A stretch of DNA of 64,000 nucleotides from Mobula birostris (lineage: Eukaryota), in contig NC_092378.1 of assembly GCF_030028105.1 (NCBI RefSeq), positions 100,925,731 to 100,989,730 on the forward strand, in the 5' to 3' direction. The translations under genes and the position numbers were made by a program. Numbering within the stretch: the first letter of the stretch is position 1; the number at the start of each line of letters is the position of its first letter. The notes under the pieces were generated by a model that was not told where the DNA came from, searched no databases, and saw nothing but the letters and a program-made list of their open reading frames with translations. This document shows positions 62,575 through 64,000 of this stretch, one piece after another.

Positions 62575-64000
62575 CCCTGAAGAGAACCCCACTCAGGATC
62601 ATCAGTTTATTGTCTCCCACACCATCACCACTCTCATCAGCTCTGGAGATCTCCCATCCATTGCCACCCACCTCATAGTTCCCTTACCACACACTGCTCA
62701 TTTCTACCTCCTACGCAAGATCCAGAAACCTGACTGTCTGGGTAGGCCAATAGTTTGTGCCTGCTCCGGTCTCACTGAACTCATGTCTGCAAACCTCGAC
62801 TCCATTTTATCTTTCTTGGTTCAGTCACCTCCCACCTGCATCCATGATACTTCACATGCTCTTGATCTCTTCAACAACTTTCAGTCCCCGGTTCTAATTG
62901 CCTCATTTTCACGATGGTTGTCTGGTGCCTATACACTTCTATTGCCCATAAAGGTGACCTTAAAGCTCTCCACTCTTTCTTTCTAGACAACAGACCTAAC
63001 CAGTTCCCCTCCATCACCCCACTTTTCCATCTGCTGGAACTAGTCCTCACACTCAACAATTTCTCTTTCAGCTCCTCCCACTTTCTCCAAACCCAAGATG
63101 TAGCCATGGCCACCCACATGCACCCCAGCAATACCTGCCTTTTCATTGGCTGCGTGAAACAGTCCATGTTCAAAGCCTTCACTGGTAACACTCTCTAACT
63201 CTTTCTGCACTACATTGATGACTATATTGGTGCTACTTCATGCACCTTTGCTGAGCTCATCAACTTTGCCTCCAACTTCCACCCTGCCCTTAAATTCACT
63301 TGGACCACTTCTGACATCTCTCTCTCTCTCTCCTTTCTCGATCTCTCTGGCTCCAGCTATGGATGCAGGCTGTTTACTGTTATCTTTTACAAACCACCTG
63401 TTTCCCGTTGCTATCTTGACTATACCTTTTCCCACCCTGTCACTTGTAAAAATGCTATTTCTGCATTTCCACAGCATCTGTTCCCAGGATAAGATTTTCC
63501 TTTCTAGAATATCAGAGATGCACTCCTCGAAATAATGGGGTTTCCTTTCCTCTACCATTGTTGCTGCCCTTACCCACATTGTCTACATTTCCCAGACATC
63601 CACCCACACCCCATCTTCCTGCTGCCTTAGGGGAAACAGACTTCCTCTTGTCCTTACCTGCCATTCCATGAGCCTCCTCATCCAGCACATCACTCTCCAC
63701 AACTTCCATTATTTTCAATGGGACCCTACCATTAAAGACATCATTACCTCCACCCCCCACTCTCCATAATTTGCAAGGATCACTCTTTCCGTGATTCCCT
63801 TGCCCATTCGTCTCTCCCCACTGATGTCCCTCCTGGCATATCATTGCAAGTGGAAAAATGCTACACCTACCCATTCACCTCCCCCCTACCGCCATTCAGG
63901 GACACGAACAGTACTTCCAGCTGAGGCAACACTTTATCTGCCAGTCTGTCAGGTCATCTACTGCATCTGGTGCTCCTAGTGTGGCCTCCTTTACATCGGT
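62575..64000 (+). mobile_element. Penelope-like retroelement (degenerate RT); its 5' part continues at 59670-59872
   Basis: FYLLRKIQKPDCLGRPIV, LLELVLTLNNFSF, VAMATHM.PS, YIDD-like motif. Confidence 0.85.

Overview
Vertebrate genomic DNA, most likely a cartilaginous fish (shark/ray). This is inferred from the repeat content (V-domain tRNA-SINEs, CR1, Rex1, Penelope) plus the presence of ENaC genes, which teleosts lack. The minus strand carries the tandem epithelial sodium channel pair. SCNN1G (gamma-ENaC) is complete: 12 coding exons assembled by hand between 54287 and 33018, 649 aa. Downstream, SCNN1B (beta-ENaC) shows coding exons 2-8 (14502 to 1488) and continues off the left edge. The rest is mostly transposon-derived: CR1, Rex1, RTE, L2, Penelope-like elements, SINEs, a mariner MITE, a Tigger-like MITE and a solo LTR. 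A ~4.1 kb 45-bp minisatellite in SCNN1B intron 3 produces the long repetitive ORFs in the track. Main observations: (1) minimal hammerhead-ribozyme motifs in Penelope-derived repeats, several on the sense strand of SCNN1G introns; (2) each minisatellite unit on the SCNN1B sense strand carries a splice-acceptor-like motif plus AATAAA, in frame with exon 3; (3) two basic protease sites flank the gamma inhibitory tract; (4) a GC-AG intron and an altered PY-motif context. Repeat boundaries are approximate and family calls come from motif recognition, not database searches.
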